Source: Paraglomus brasilianum (taxonomy: Eukaryota). From it: 64,000 bases of DNA. The translations under genes were made by a program, and so were the position numbers. Positions 11,434-24,855 of the stretch are shown here, piece by piece; position 1 is the stretch's first letter, and the number at the start of each line of letters is the position of its first letter. Below the pieces are notes generated by a model. The model made no database searches, was not told where the DNA came from, and worked only from the letters and a program-made list of their open reading frames with translations. The stretch spans positions 1 to 64,000 of the forward strand of contig CAJVPI010000056.1 in NCBI GenBank assembly GCA_910592345.1. Reading direction: 5' to 3'.

Positions 11434-12868
11434 CAAAGTATCAGCAGCTTATAAAAGTTCCTCCTCGGTGTTGCGGGATGAAAAGATGAGGAAAAGGAAC
11501 AACTGCATAGCTGCGGGCATTTATAGGCACATTGACGCCTCAGACGAATTCAGGGCATTGCGCCACAATCCCAATTAGTGTGAAAATTTTAACCATGTGA
11601 CTACATCGCGTTCCTGTTTTCCATTGTTTCTTGTCGTGCGATTAATATTAAAGCGAAAAGAATACACGAATAGGATTAGACGTAGAAGATGAATTTGTTT
11701 TTTTCAGTTCTTCGCGCTCCGTTTACCAAATAAGAATCTGATTGTCAGAATTTGTCAGTTCTATTAATTTACCAAATAATAGTCAAATCGACTAACTTAA
11801 TTATTGAGGTTTCAAGTCCTTTATTGGTCACACATGGGTTGGACTAACTTAATTAGATTTACACGAACAAGAGAAACATGACTAAACGACGCCTGAACAC
11901 TCATCCTGTTTAACGGCTATTGGCTGGCATACAGCGAATGCCATATTTAGTACATGAATAATGAATACGTGTAGGCAACAATGGCGAGAATGTAATTGTC
12001 ACAACAAATTAATTCGAGTGCGTTCGATCACTACCATAGATATTAACGACGTTGTCCAGCTTCCAAACAAATCTCATAAAGTTGAGAGGGTGAGAAATAC
12101 AGCAAGAATGTCACTACCATCGTTATGTTTGATGTTATTGGTTTAATTTCACACGAAAGGTCGTTACGAATAATTGTTGCCATGTTATCAGTCACTTTAT
12201 TAGTTAATTCCGTCACTTTTCGTCCCTCTGGGAAGGTCTCTTGATAACGGGTATTTGGCGGTTATCATCATTATTTAATATTAAAGAAACCCAAGTTTTA
12301 ACCACCAAAACTCTAAACAACATAAACGGCTCAGACCCAACCCCCCTTTTCTTTTTATAGATGATTTGCTTAATTTAGATCTGTTTTACAGGAAATTAGG
12401 AAAAGAATAAATTGACGAATGAAACAGAAAAACTAGCAAATGGTGAGAGAAGGAATACCAGAGACAACACATTGACTATGATTTGCCTAAATGGGAAAAA
12501 ATGGAAGGATGACGAGGACGAGTACACAGATGGACAGATGCTACGTACTCTTGCGGAAAATTTAAGCCGAAAATGAAATAAAAATCAAAGTCAAGTTAGA
12601 AAAGAATTAGCAGAAATTAAGTGAAGCAAAATGTCGCCTCTTTGATTAATTCCAAATACATTAGCTACCGTAGAAATAACCTTGTATTCTGGCGAATTGG
12701 AGGGCGTCATCCTGGAATGCAACATGACGTTACCTGCGCAAGCATTTATAAAGCGATCTGCAGACAGGTAACGAACATACACGTGATTTATTATTGAATT
12801 CCCGATTGTAATGAAGGTATTAGTGTGTGTGAAAGTTCATACCAAGTCTTTGAATAAATAATATATTG

Positions 12869-15800
12869 ATGTACTGGACAAGTGGCATAGCAAAGGTTCT
12901 AACCGTCAGTAAACCGAATAGTTTAAAAGTCGGGAGCATTGACGAGAAGAGGACGGTGCTCAATGAGGAGGGTGAAGAGATCGGTGTGTCCCCAGTGATT
13001 TTACATATGCGACGCAATAAAAGCGGAAATCTGTTTATAACTCTAACTAAAGACTCTATTCAACTTTGGAGTTGTCGGGTAAGCAATCTCTTTTGTGTTA
13101 GATTTAGATTTGAGCAGACCTTGGACCAAGGAGAACCGTGAGATACTGGCTCCTATAATTACTTATACATAGGTTCGCATTCTGCAACCAGTTGAAAGAA
13201 TTGAGGCAACATAGTTCAGTCACTAATGAGAATTAAATATGGCGATTGCAATATATTGATATTCACCAACTTTTCCTCAACTTGTTCGTTCATAGTTACT
13301 AATATGTATCAATTGTTATAGCACCTATTGGTTAATTAGTGATTCTGAGATATAGATAATAATACATAGATTAAAAGTGATTCTGAGATATAGATAATAA
13401 TACATAGATTAAACCTACAATTGGTTCGACTCTGCAAAGGACTTGTCTCTTTTAATGGGAAACACGGACATCTTAAATGTAAAATATAATGAAGATAGTA
13501 TAGCCCGGAAGCTATCTTTGTCAAAGTCTGAGTGACTTTTGTCACTAGTTACAATCTTTCGTTACCCGTTGCATTTGGTAGAAGCGCTTTTATTCATTAA
13601 TTTTCGGATTTTCTCATTTGTTATTATAGCCAACCGCATTGATATCACAGATAACGCGCACTGCCAAGTCAATTGAAGAATATGGTGCAAATGAGAACAT
13701 TTTTTGGAAACCAGACGGAACCCTAGTAATTGTTCAGGTTGCTTTACCATCAATATTTGTGTTTCCTCATAATCGTTGTCGCATGCTTCACGAATATTGA
13801 TTCATTGTCCGTCTCATAACTATATAGACAACGCAAAATTGTCTACTCACCTATAGTGTTCTCCCATTTGATGATAAGAGTTTCAAATATCAATTCGGCA
13901 AAAATACACATCATTACGCTACAGGAGCAGGAGAAGGACATGGAATAAAGACATTTTTGCTAAAATTCCGAATGACAATTCGGATTGATGCAGGCATGGA
14001 GACGTGAGTTTTACGAGTATATAATATAATTCAGATTATTAAGGACGCGTGCCTCAATTGTTTACCTGTTCTGTGATTATAGTGGGGTCGGTACGGAAGA
14101 TTATTTGGTTGTGACAACCAAAAACCCTCCGGCTATTCAGTGTATTCCGTGGCAAGCGGAGCCGCGAGGGACGAAAACTAATATCCTCGGTAGACTAGAT
14201 TTCATGGAATCAAGGGGAGGTAATTTGCCATCAATTTAGATTATTGACTTGCACAATAATGTCAGGATTTTGACTGACATTATCATCATTTATACTTTCA
14301 GCCAGTATTTTGCATATTTGTTATGATCGTAAAATAGAACTCTATGGATGGATCACAACAGACGGCAAAGCATATGCAGCTCAGTATGTTGACTACAGAC
14401 CATCAGTAAGTTAGATGTAAAAACACATATACATATGCAAAATATGCGATAGCTTGTTCTTATATCTCTCCCTTATTAACAGCAGGAAGAGAAGAGTAAA
14501 GTCCCGCCGATCTATTGGTCTGGATTTTGTATTCACGGTGTCGGCGAAAGTCGGATGCCAACCGAGATGAAGGCTACTTGCATATCAATAAATGCTAAAT
14601 TTTCGCTTATAGCCGTTGGAACCGAGGGGTGAGTTACGAACATCGAATTGATTGTGAAGTTTAAGCCGTCTTATTATGTCCTAATGCGTCACTTTTTTTT
14701 TTCTTAGAGGCGCGGTCTATTTATACTATGCAAAGAATTATATAGGAGGCATTTATTTCTCGCATAAATTGACGATCGAAGAAAGTTTGGAATCATTATC
14801 ATCAAATATCCTTTATTAGTATAATTATTATTTTCATCATGCACAATTCGTTGTTTCATATAGTCTTTAACCAACAGAAACACGCGTTTCCACTGGTGCA
14901 GTTGCTTCTCTCGCGTGGACCTCCGATGGTTATGCGCTTGCAGTTGGATGGTGTAATGAAGGGTTAGCTTTATGGAGTGTTTATGGACGGCTGTTGATGT
15001 CTACGCTTCAGGATGAAGAACTACAGCCATTGTAAGCAATACATCACATTAACAACATAGGTTCAGACGCCTTTATACTAATGTTATTTACTTTTACTTG
15101 TAGTCAGACCAGCTGCCAAGATGCTTTTGTGCATGGAGTGAGCGATATGGTAATATATAATTTATATTGACATTTAATTTAGACAGAAAGAACCACTCAC
15201 GTTTATTATTTAAAATGTTTGCTTGAAGTTCTGGAGTTCAGGAAACTGTGAACTTTTTGTCTTGCATCAGGCAACGACATCAACTGGTAATTGTATGTGC
15301 TTTAGCTGAACTATGGATTTGAAGTCATGAGTATTAACGATTATAGTCTATCCATTTTAGAAGAGCAACTGTACACGATTCCATTTGCAAGATCGACGGT
15401 GACTGGATTTCATAGCTCAGTAAGTGCGTTACCTATAACTAATGTTGGGAGGTAGTGCATACGATATTTGTGCAAATGCGTGTGCATATATATATAATGA
15501 GCTTGAAATTTATCTGTGATTACTAGGATAATGCAAAGAGAGGATTTTTGCAGATGGATGATCGCCTGCTACTTTATCGTGGTGGGGATCAGGAAGACCT
15601 CAGCGCAATAAACCCAGAAGCTATCGTCTGGCAACACATTCAGGTATCGTATACTAAAGAATTTGAATAGGATTTAAGTTGATGATAATTTAATGCTCCT
15701 TGCCTGGTTTTAGATACCAACCATGTACATAAGTGATAATTGGCCCATTAAGGTACATTCTATATTTACTTATAGTGGATATCTCCGTTTTCTTACCACT

Positions 15801-18134
15801 AATACAATACTTTATCACAGTACGCTTCCATTAGCAGCGATGGTCGCTATATTGCTATAGCTGGGCGGCGAGGTTTAGCACATTATAATGTATTCTCTGG
15901 TAGATGGAAATTATTTGGAAACCAACAACAGGTATTGTGGTTGTTCAACAATGCTTGTGAGACAATTGTTCATTGGTTAATATATGTATCACTGTAGGAA
16001 AAAGAATTCAAAGTGCGTGGCGGACTCCTCTGGTTTAGACAAATTTTATTTGCCGCATGTGAAAACACGAAGACACACACTCATGAAGTGCGTATGATTT
16101 ATTTTATTGATCCATTCAAACCTCACGGATTTCCATTTAACAATTAAACATATTGCTATTTTTCTTTTGGAGCAGATTCGCTCATATTCGCGAGAAACAA
16201 ATCTAGATAATATTCATATGATACAATGTGTCAAAGTTCCTAGCAATGTGTTATATCTGACCATCGTCGAGAATGCATTGCTTGCTTACTGTGACGACAA
16301 TCTTATGTATCATTATCTCATGGTAACACCACCAAATGAGGCAGGAAAGGGTATCATTATGTTGGAATTAGCTCAGCAGATATCATTCATGGGCGTGATA
16401 CATGCAGCAGCACGCGTTAGATCGATTTCGTGGTTTCAACCAAAAGCGCAAAGTAATGATCATACAGAGTATAAAGTGTATAGTGTGTGTTTATATTTAT
16501 TTTCATCATTAACCGATATCTTGTTTCATTCAGCGGCATTTACTCCAGAAAGCATGCAAGCAGCAACAATAATCTTTTTAATAGATGGGAAGCTTGTATT
16601 ACTTACTCCGCAAAAGGTAATTGATAGCAGATCCGTATGCTTGTATGGCATACAATATCTTATAGCTGCAATCATGCATTCATCTTTTCGAATAGAGCGA
16701 CGCTGGTGAAGTGCAATACGATCTTCATGTTCTCGCCGACAGGATTGAATTCTATTGGATGGCCAATAGAGGGGTTGGAAGTCTCAAGAATTCCTTGTGG
16801 GCGTGCGATGGAAAAGGTGTTAATATATGGATGGATGTATGGTCAGATGAGGAAACTGCGTCCAGCTGGCATGACGAGGCATTATCTGCGACTCCAAGGG
16901 AGGCATTGAACATTAAACTCGGTTTCTATCCATTATGTAAGCTCCATCTCGACTTAAATTTTTGATGGTCGATTTCTATTCTTTTTAGTCTAAACATTAT
17001 TATCTATAATATAGCCGTTCTCCTCGACAAAGGAATCATTGTTGGTGCTGAACAACAAGTATCCGTACGAAGTTCTCTCGAGTTTGTTGTATTTAAATTT
17101 GCAACAAATGTACGTATGAGATTGTCCATTGCAGAAATAATGAATCCAATTGACATTATTAACTGTTTATTTGTAGACACATTTATTTTTGCAATATATA
17201 ATAAGATATATGCTTACGAGAGGGTAAATAGAAATAACAAAAAAGGTTCATTAAAATCGAAATGCTATCTTGTTCTAATATCTCTTTACCATGTAAACAG
17301 TCTTGACGAAGAGGCCGTTGCATTTGCGCGAAGTTATGAACAATTAATATATTTTGGACACGCACTTGAAGTCTTATTACATCAAGTACTAGAAGATGAG
17401 GCAGAATTATCTGTGGGCACAGGGCATGGTAAAGTATACAATGACCTGTGTTATGCATAATATCAGCTGATAACGTCTCTAATAATATTGTCATGCAGGA
17501 GCAGTGCTTCCGCGCGTGGTCAAGTTCTTAAATCATTTCCCACAAGCATTAGATGCTATTGTTGGATGTGCTCGAAAAACAGAAGTAGCACTCTGGGATT
17601 ATTTGTTTTCTATTGTTGGAAGTCCAAAGGATCTCTTTGAGGTAAACAAAAATCCACATACAACTGTTATGCTTCAATTAATACAAAAAAGTTGCTGACT
17701 GTCTGCGACTTTTCAGAAATGTATGAGTACTGGTCTCCTCAAAACAGCGACATCTTATCTTTTGGTATTGCATACATTGGAACCATCAGCCGACAGTAGT
17801 CAGGTTGGGTTTGTCAATATTGTATTAATATTATGCCGTATAGTATTAGATACACAATTCCTAAACGGTTTTATTTTATAGGATACGATACGCTTATTAT
17901 CCAAAGCAATGGAAGCTGAAGATTATGAGGTAAGACTTCTTCCTTTCTTTTCAACTTTTTCAATTATCTGTCAACTAATTACAACCCTTTTCTAAACAGT
18001 TATGTAAGGAACTTGTGCGATTCTTAAGTTCTATAGACGGAAGTGGTCAAACATTATCTGAAGCATTGGTAAGCATTCAGCTTTCGTCTGAAAACACGAA
18101 TCTAGTGGCTTCAGCTGTTCAAAGCAACGTCTAG
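12869..18134 (+). CDS. RIC1: RIC1, Rab6/Ypt6 GEF complex subunit, many exons
   Basis: Start MYWTSG. Motifs [50 protein letters not shown] and [15 protein letters not shown]. Confidence 0.92.
13338..13413. repeat. 38-bp tandem duplication in RIC1 intron 1
   Basis: AGTGATTCTGAGATATAGATAATAATACATAGATTAAA, two copies. Confidence 0.9.
14806..14883 (+). other. U12-type AT-AC intron in RIC1
   Basis: Donor ATATCCTTT, branch TCTTTAAC (~14864-14871) and AC at 14882-14883. Removal restores the frame; unspliced read-through hits TAG. Confidence 0.8.
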
Positions 18135-20868
18135 ATGCATCCGACATTCTCCGATAAATTGTATAAAATAATTTTTGTGATCTTTAGAACTGTTTATAAT
18201 AGATATATTACTATTACTATAATACATAATAAATCAATTACGCTTCTCAATATTACAGAGGTCATTGTCTGTTTGCAACAAGTCTTGTCTTCATCTGTTT
18301 ATTTGCATATGCAGTTTTTGATCAACCCTACTTTATTCTTTTTCGACGTATGGATAAGAGCACTAATTCTATTGTGATTGAACAATCATGTTTTTCGTTA
18401 GAATCAGTAATATAAAAAGCATTTATTTACAGCCACACTATTGCTACAACGTTTACAAATATTGAACGTCTTTCATCTTACTTAACCCAACAATTTGATG
18501 AGCATGTTTTATGATTGGGAGTCTTTACTATTATTTGTTGCTTTGGAATGATTACGTTAAAGGTATGTTACATATGAACAAAACAAAAGAAAAGATTATC
18601 CGTGAATAGCATACTAATACGTAATACTGTAGTATATCAGACATTGATGGTAGAACGTATAGCCGTAATTGATATCTTCTTTATCACAACATTAACAATG
18701 ACTGAATGCGTTGTCTACAATTAATGTTTATTTGTCACTACGGTGGTTCCCGTTTACATTCTCTTCGGTTAGTATTAGTGCGATGCAACTTAACTGCCTT
18801 CAAATTTCACATATTAATAAATTGCTAAAACAATTCTCGGCCATTACAAAGTTGCAAATTATTCCGTTCATAGCATTGGGATATGGGCTAATAGGATCAA
18901 ACATTTTCCGAAGCACAGATGCTCAGGATTTTCAAGTGAAAAAAGTAGTAACTACATGTGCCTTCTTCGTTTAAATAAACCTTATTACTATGTGGGAGAT
19001 GCGGATTATTTATCAGGATTGATGTTCTGCTAGACTTTTCCCGTTTTGGCCTGGACGGTTTTTCCAAGTCGGACTATCACTTATCAGTATTATAATTAAT
19101 TTATTTATCAACAAAAGAACAAAATGGTAGAATATTGTTATTTGATAAAATATATACGCTAACAGCAAAGACACTCAATAATCATAATAGGCAATTCAAC
19201 TTTTTAATGATTATGTCATGTTCATTTTTCAGATGCCAAGCGGGCCGATATCCAATCTTATCCAGGGCGAACATTAAACCAACCGCAAAAAAGTTATTTG
19301 CTCACATGTAAATTTTCTTGTCACGTTGTGTTGCTGTGCTTTGTAAATAAGGGTATTATACGATGACAAGTAGCTTTATTAAGCCTTGATTAAACCGAAC
19401 GGTAATTAATGTTCGAAATTCAATCACATAAAATGATATATGTATGTATCTTGCTAAAATATTAAGACTCAAATTTTCGATCTGTAAAATTGTAAGAGAA
19501 AGAGGCTGTTCTATTAGATGTGGGTTATAATAAGCTCACTAATATAGTTTCTATCATAATCATAAGAAAAACATCCCGCTAATTGTGTCACACATTTACA
19601 CCTAGTGACGTTGTCTGCATCCCGCAGTGATAATAGTACCAGTTGGTTCCATGGTATATCGACATTAATATTAATATTAATTGGTGTGACATTGACTAGT
19701 TGGAATCGCAAAGACATTTATATTTCTAACTCGTTCTTATTGGCGAAACTTTCTCTGGAAAAATTATCTTGTACCTAAAGCCCCTTTCAAGATAGTAATT
19801 CGTTTATGATCGCTAGTGTATCGTCAACCGGAATGTAAACATTGTCGCCTTTTAATACAAAGAACAGACGTCCTGCGGTACGGGTTAAAAGTCGAATTAT
19901 ATTAAAAGTGTTGCAATCAACAAGTAAAAGGAAGTGAGATTGGTGTGTATACTTATTATAGTGGCCTGAATAATGTTAGAATTTCCGCACGTATTGGTCT
20001 TAGTGCAATATGGGTTTGTGTGACATCGAGTCGAACAATAACCTTGCGCAAGAGCTTTTTTCTTGGATTGTTGTGTCATGTCGTAAGCTGATGGAAATCA
20101 ATTAGCATTCATCTGCAAGCACTGTCAGCATTCGCTCATTGGTTGAATTTTATAAATCGCATAAAAAACACCCTCGATGAGCAAATGGGAAAAAAACAAC
20201 CCAGTTATTAGCTGTACTATATTATAGTTTAATTCGTGTACAATATGCTGCCAATACTTCGGTTGTGTCACCAATAGATCGATTCACCAATAATAACATG
20301 TTTTTAATAAAAAGTTACATATCGCATATGTAACGTTGTACCATTTCCACGTTCAGATATTTGTAATTCTCATTATATTTCTATTCCCATATATACTAAT
20401 TCCCTTCCATATATGTCCATGTCAGATTGTGCTTACTTCTATGTTTATATTTTGTAGATCTAACGAATAAATACTCATTCCAATAGTTTTAACAATGTCT
20501 GTTATCAGTGTTCATAATTATGTTGTACCTGTTAATCAAAACTTATTACAGATGCACAAACTCATATTTACCGTTCAAAGATATTGCATAGAGAAATCCT
20601 ATTTGGCACACCAATATCGCCTTTAAGTACACACGGTTTCCAACTCCTACCTTCTTTTTTGTCCTTTTCCTTCCGCATTCTATCATTATTATCGTGTTTC
20701 ATGAGGGAATAAATTACATCAAGCTACCGAGCGAGATCCCTTGCAGTAGTTTAAGTCGGTGGAAGAAGTTGTCGGCATTCGCCACTTTCTACCCCTCCCT
20801 TCCTTTCCTTTATTCACCCTCTTCCCTCTTTTCCTCCAACCCTCTACATCCATTAATATCCTCTTGGA

Positions 20869-22709
20869 ATGAGACTGAATTCTATCAGTCTCATCATTGT
20901 TATACTTGTATTATCGGTGATTGGCGATTGTGGTATGTAAGGAATGGGTAAAGCTCCAGAGAAAATAAAGTAAATCGAAAAGTTAAATATTTTCGAACAC
21001 TTGCAAATCGATTCTGATAAACTGACAATTTCTGCTCTTGTTACTTTTTGCTGAATTACGCTTCCGATCATTATTCACCACAGGGTTTGTTCGAGCTCGT
21101 GCAATTAATGACGTTCTACGACAACAAAAAGAATTGATATTTAATGTTGTTAAGACAAAAGGAAAAGCCATGGATGAGCCATGGACAGAACAACGTAAAA
21201 CGACAAGTAAGATCACAAATAACTAATATTGGAATTAACTCGTAGATAATCATATACACATGAGTAAACTCACAATTATCCCTTCTCTCCACAAAAGTTC
21301 GATCTTATAGACAAATAAAGTTATTATCATGTAAGTAATTCCCATATACGTCTACATTAACCCGTCAATTTTTATTTTCCCGTTTCGATGATTGACATTT
21401 AAACTCCTTGAATCAAAAAGTCAAAATACCCACCAAGATTGCTAGGGACTCGACTGGATCGAGCTTATCGGATCTCAGGAAAGATCCCAGTGAGATTAGT
21501 TCAAGTCAACAGGATCCGTCATCTCTCGGTACACACCCGTCAAATGAGTCGACATCAAAAAAGCTAAAAAGTCGCGGTTGGGGCGGTTGGGGCGATTGGG
21601 GCGATTATGGCGGGGGTGGTGGTAATAATGGCGGGGGTGGTAATAATGGCGGCGGTGGTAATAATGGCGGCGGCGGTAATAATGGTGGGGGTGGTGGTAA
21701 TAATGGCGGCGGTGGTAATAATGGCGGCGGCGGTGGTAGAAATGGCGGCGGCGGTAGAAATGGCGGCGGCGGTAGTGGAAGACCCCCGACACCACCGATT
21801 CCAATCCCACCAAAAGTTCCGCCTCCGCGACCAAAAGTTCCAAAAGTCCCGCCGCCGAAGCCGCCCGCAATTACGCCGCCATCAATTACGCTGCCATCAA
21901 TTACACTGCCGTCAGTTACGCTGCCAACAATTTCACTGCCAACACATCCGTCACCAGTAAATCATGGCACGGATGGCCAAGGAAATAATGGCGGAAGCAA
22001 CGGTTCTGGTAACAACAGTGGAAATAACGGTAATAACAGCGGTGCTGGAAATAATAGCAACAACGGTGGCAGCAACAACAATGGAAATAACAGCGGTGCT
22101 GGAAATAATAGCAACAACAATGGCAGCAACAACGGTGGCAGCAACAACGGTAATGGAAAAGGCAATGGTGGTAATAATAACAATGGCAACAATGGCAACA
22201 ATGGCAACAATGGCAACAATGGCAACAATGGCAAGCCAGGTAAGCCAGGTAAGCCAGTTCCCAGCTACAGCCCAGCAGTACCTGGCGGTTCCCCCAACAA
22301 CAATCCCGGAGCATCACCGAACAATCCCAATCAGCCCAAACCCGCAGATCCAGATAGTCCCGGTAATGGTAATAATAGTGGAAGCGGTGGTCCTGCAGGA
22401 TACAACCAGCCCCCGGTCCAGAGCAACATTATCAAGCCTGTAATACTGGCGGTTGCTGTTTGCGTTGCTGCCGTGGCTATGGTAGCTCTCATCAGTGCTA
22501 GACGACGATCACGTTGTAACGAGCGTAACTTCCGATTACCTGACACGGACTCTCTCGGGGATGGTGAGAGTAGCATTGAAACCGTAGAACGTCCGCCTAG
22601 TTTTATGATAAGCGTAAAAAATGCAATTAACGGGTTTGGTCGGCTAACCGTGTCGCATGATGCTGCGAATATTACAGGCCAAAGCAAATTCACCGAATTC
22701 ATAACCTGA
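20869..22709 (+). CDS. Predicted type I membrane protein with Gly/Asn/Pro-rich low-complexity ectodomain
   Basis: Signal-peptide-like exon MRLNSISLIIVILVLSVIG at 20869 can be spliced in frame to the 21408-22709 ORF. That ORF has GGGGNN, PPP and NNG repeats, then TM VILAVAVCVAAVAMVALISA followed by RRR. The 5' exons are tentative. Confidence 0.7.
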
Positions 22710-22860
22710 GGATTAATTTTCAACCCCCCCTTAAAACAATTAGCAAACACTAGACGCTTTCCTTCTATCATTCCGTCCGTAATACCTATTAAGGGGATAC
22801 ATCAGTCAATACAATTCCATTTATTCCGTGTAAATATCTCGTACATCTATTTATTTGCAA

Positions 22861-24102
22861 TTACAAATCACCTAGTTCAGGTTCAATCCAACAAAGCATG
22901 AAGCCCTCTCTCTGTAAATCTAATCTTAATTTCTCTACATTTTCTACTGATTCTTCATCGATATCGCCAGACCATAAACCTAATATTGCTCCGCCTGATC
23001 CTGTGAATTTGGCAGCAAACCCATGTTTCCGAGTTAGTTCTATCATACGTAAATTTGCGTTACCAAGAACTGCGTCACCAAATAGCTCACGTCGCAGATC
23101 AAAGTTTTGGTTCATTAAAGAGGCAATAATCTTGCGTTTAGTTGATTGACTGTGGGAGGAATCAAAAAGTGCTTCACGAGCTTTTTCAGCGAACGCGGCA
23201 AAGCATTTCATTGATTCGATTACCTAAAGACAAGAGTTTGATGACGTGAATCAAAGGTGGCATTGACATACAATAGTTTAATAGTTAATCTTCACCTTCT
23301 CATCACCAGCCTCCCAACGTTTACGTACGTCACTATGTATTTTGCCTGTTTGCGAAATCAACCATTTTTTAATAGTCTGCAAATATGAATTTGTATACGC
23401 TTTAGATAAGATCTTACCGGAATCACTGGGGTTTCCCTCATAAACCAACAAAAAGCCCTTTGGCAATTTCTCCAATGGAATTCTCTCATAGAATCCCACG
23501 TTTTGGCTCTCCATCTGTTCTCTATCAAAGTTCATAAACACTAGTCCGCCATACGATTGTATAACTCGATCCATGTACCCAGCCGCAATGCCCAACTCAT
23601 CTCTTTCCACCGATAAAATCAAAGATGGTCGCTCGCTCAATGGTATCTTATCATCATCTACATTATAAAATTTCATTAACGCCTTCCAAAATGCCGTAAT
23701 GATTGCCGACGAGCCCGCGAGACCCACTTGGCGAGGGATGTTGGTCTCGAAAAAGACAGAAAAGCCTTGATCATGTAGAAAAATATCTCGCGTCTCACAA
23801 GTAGTGAAGAATACCTTGCAAGTAGCTTGTAATAGGCAATGATCATTGTTATATCCATCGACAACAGAACTTGCTATTAAAGATTTGCTGTTTTCAAAGC
23901 CATGCGCATTCGATGTGGGAGATGACAGAAAGTTGATCGAATGATACCCAAGAGATTGTGTAAAACTGTTCGGAAGAAGGGTGAGTTCTACATAAAAGTT
24001 TGAGATTAAAAAAGAAATAGTCTTGCCGAAGAAGCCATCAGATGGATTGCCCATTAACCCTACGCGGGCGTGGCATCGTGTATTTATCGCGTTTTGCGTC
24101 AT
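22861..24102 (-). CDS. Glucuronokinase-like GHMP kinase (3 exons)
   Basis: HARVGLMGNPSDGFFGKTIS, TNIPRQVGLAGSSAI, ELGIAAGYMDRVIQ.YGG and AAKFTGSGGA. Confidence 0.88.
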
Positions 24103-24184
24103 TTATTGATCACAATGACGCTAAAGATGCTAATACTAAGTAACCCGGACATGGCAAAGGAAATTGTCCGTGGTCACACGAAAA

Positions 24185-24186
<2 letters not shown>

Positions 24187-24248
<62 letters not shown>
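24187..24248. repeat. (TTA)n microsatellite
   Basis: About 20 perfect TTA units just upstream of the glucuronokinase start. Confidence 0.95.
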
Positions 24249-24855
24249 TAGAGCTAAAACTAAAGTGATGGCTGCCTAATGAACGCAAGCAACTGCGTAG
24301 GAGAGCGACTAGTTTTCAAGCACCTTGTCCCATAAGCTATGCCAAAGTCTGAGGTAAAAGGCAAAATCAAGAGTAGCCAGATTGCAAACTTCCAAGTAAT
24401 AGTGATGAATTCGTAGCACTCAAAAAGAAAAGACACAAATTAAAACGAAATAGTGTTTAAGCCCCATATTGTAATTGTGTGCATATAATATTAATATTAT
24501 TGTAAATATAATATATAATATGTGAATACAGAAGATTCATTGCTATTATCGTTTTTGTCAATTAAAATTAATTAAGTGACCCGGAAAATAACTAAATGAC
24601 CCAAATCGGTTACTACGGATAATAAAAGATTCAAGCTATAATTTTGTCTAATCGCATTAAATGACGTTCTGATAAGTTCATCATAGCGCCTTGTTTAGTT
24701 AAATGTCAAGCATTGTTATTCCTAAATGAAAATTCGAAACTGACTAATGGTTTATTCATATAATATGATACATAAACTCTCAAGACTTGACTATTCCCAC
24801 AAAATACATGAACTTCGTGAATCATAAATTAAAAAAAAAGGCCCCACAGAATAAA

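Noticed and set aside
12228..12340. RNase P RNA-like GGGAAGGTCT ... CTCAGACC
   Set aside because: The P4 pairing is incomplete, the spacing is too short, and the other conserved regions are not seen.
21496..22443. His/Arg-, Cys- and Leu/Pro-rich alternative-frame ORFs
   Set aside because: These are shadow frames of the Gly/Asn codon repeats in the plus-strand gene.
24070..24279. Poly-Leu ORF
   Set aside because: Artefact of the (TTA)n microsatellite.
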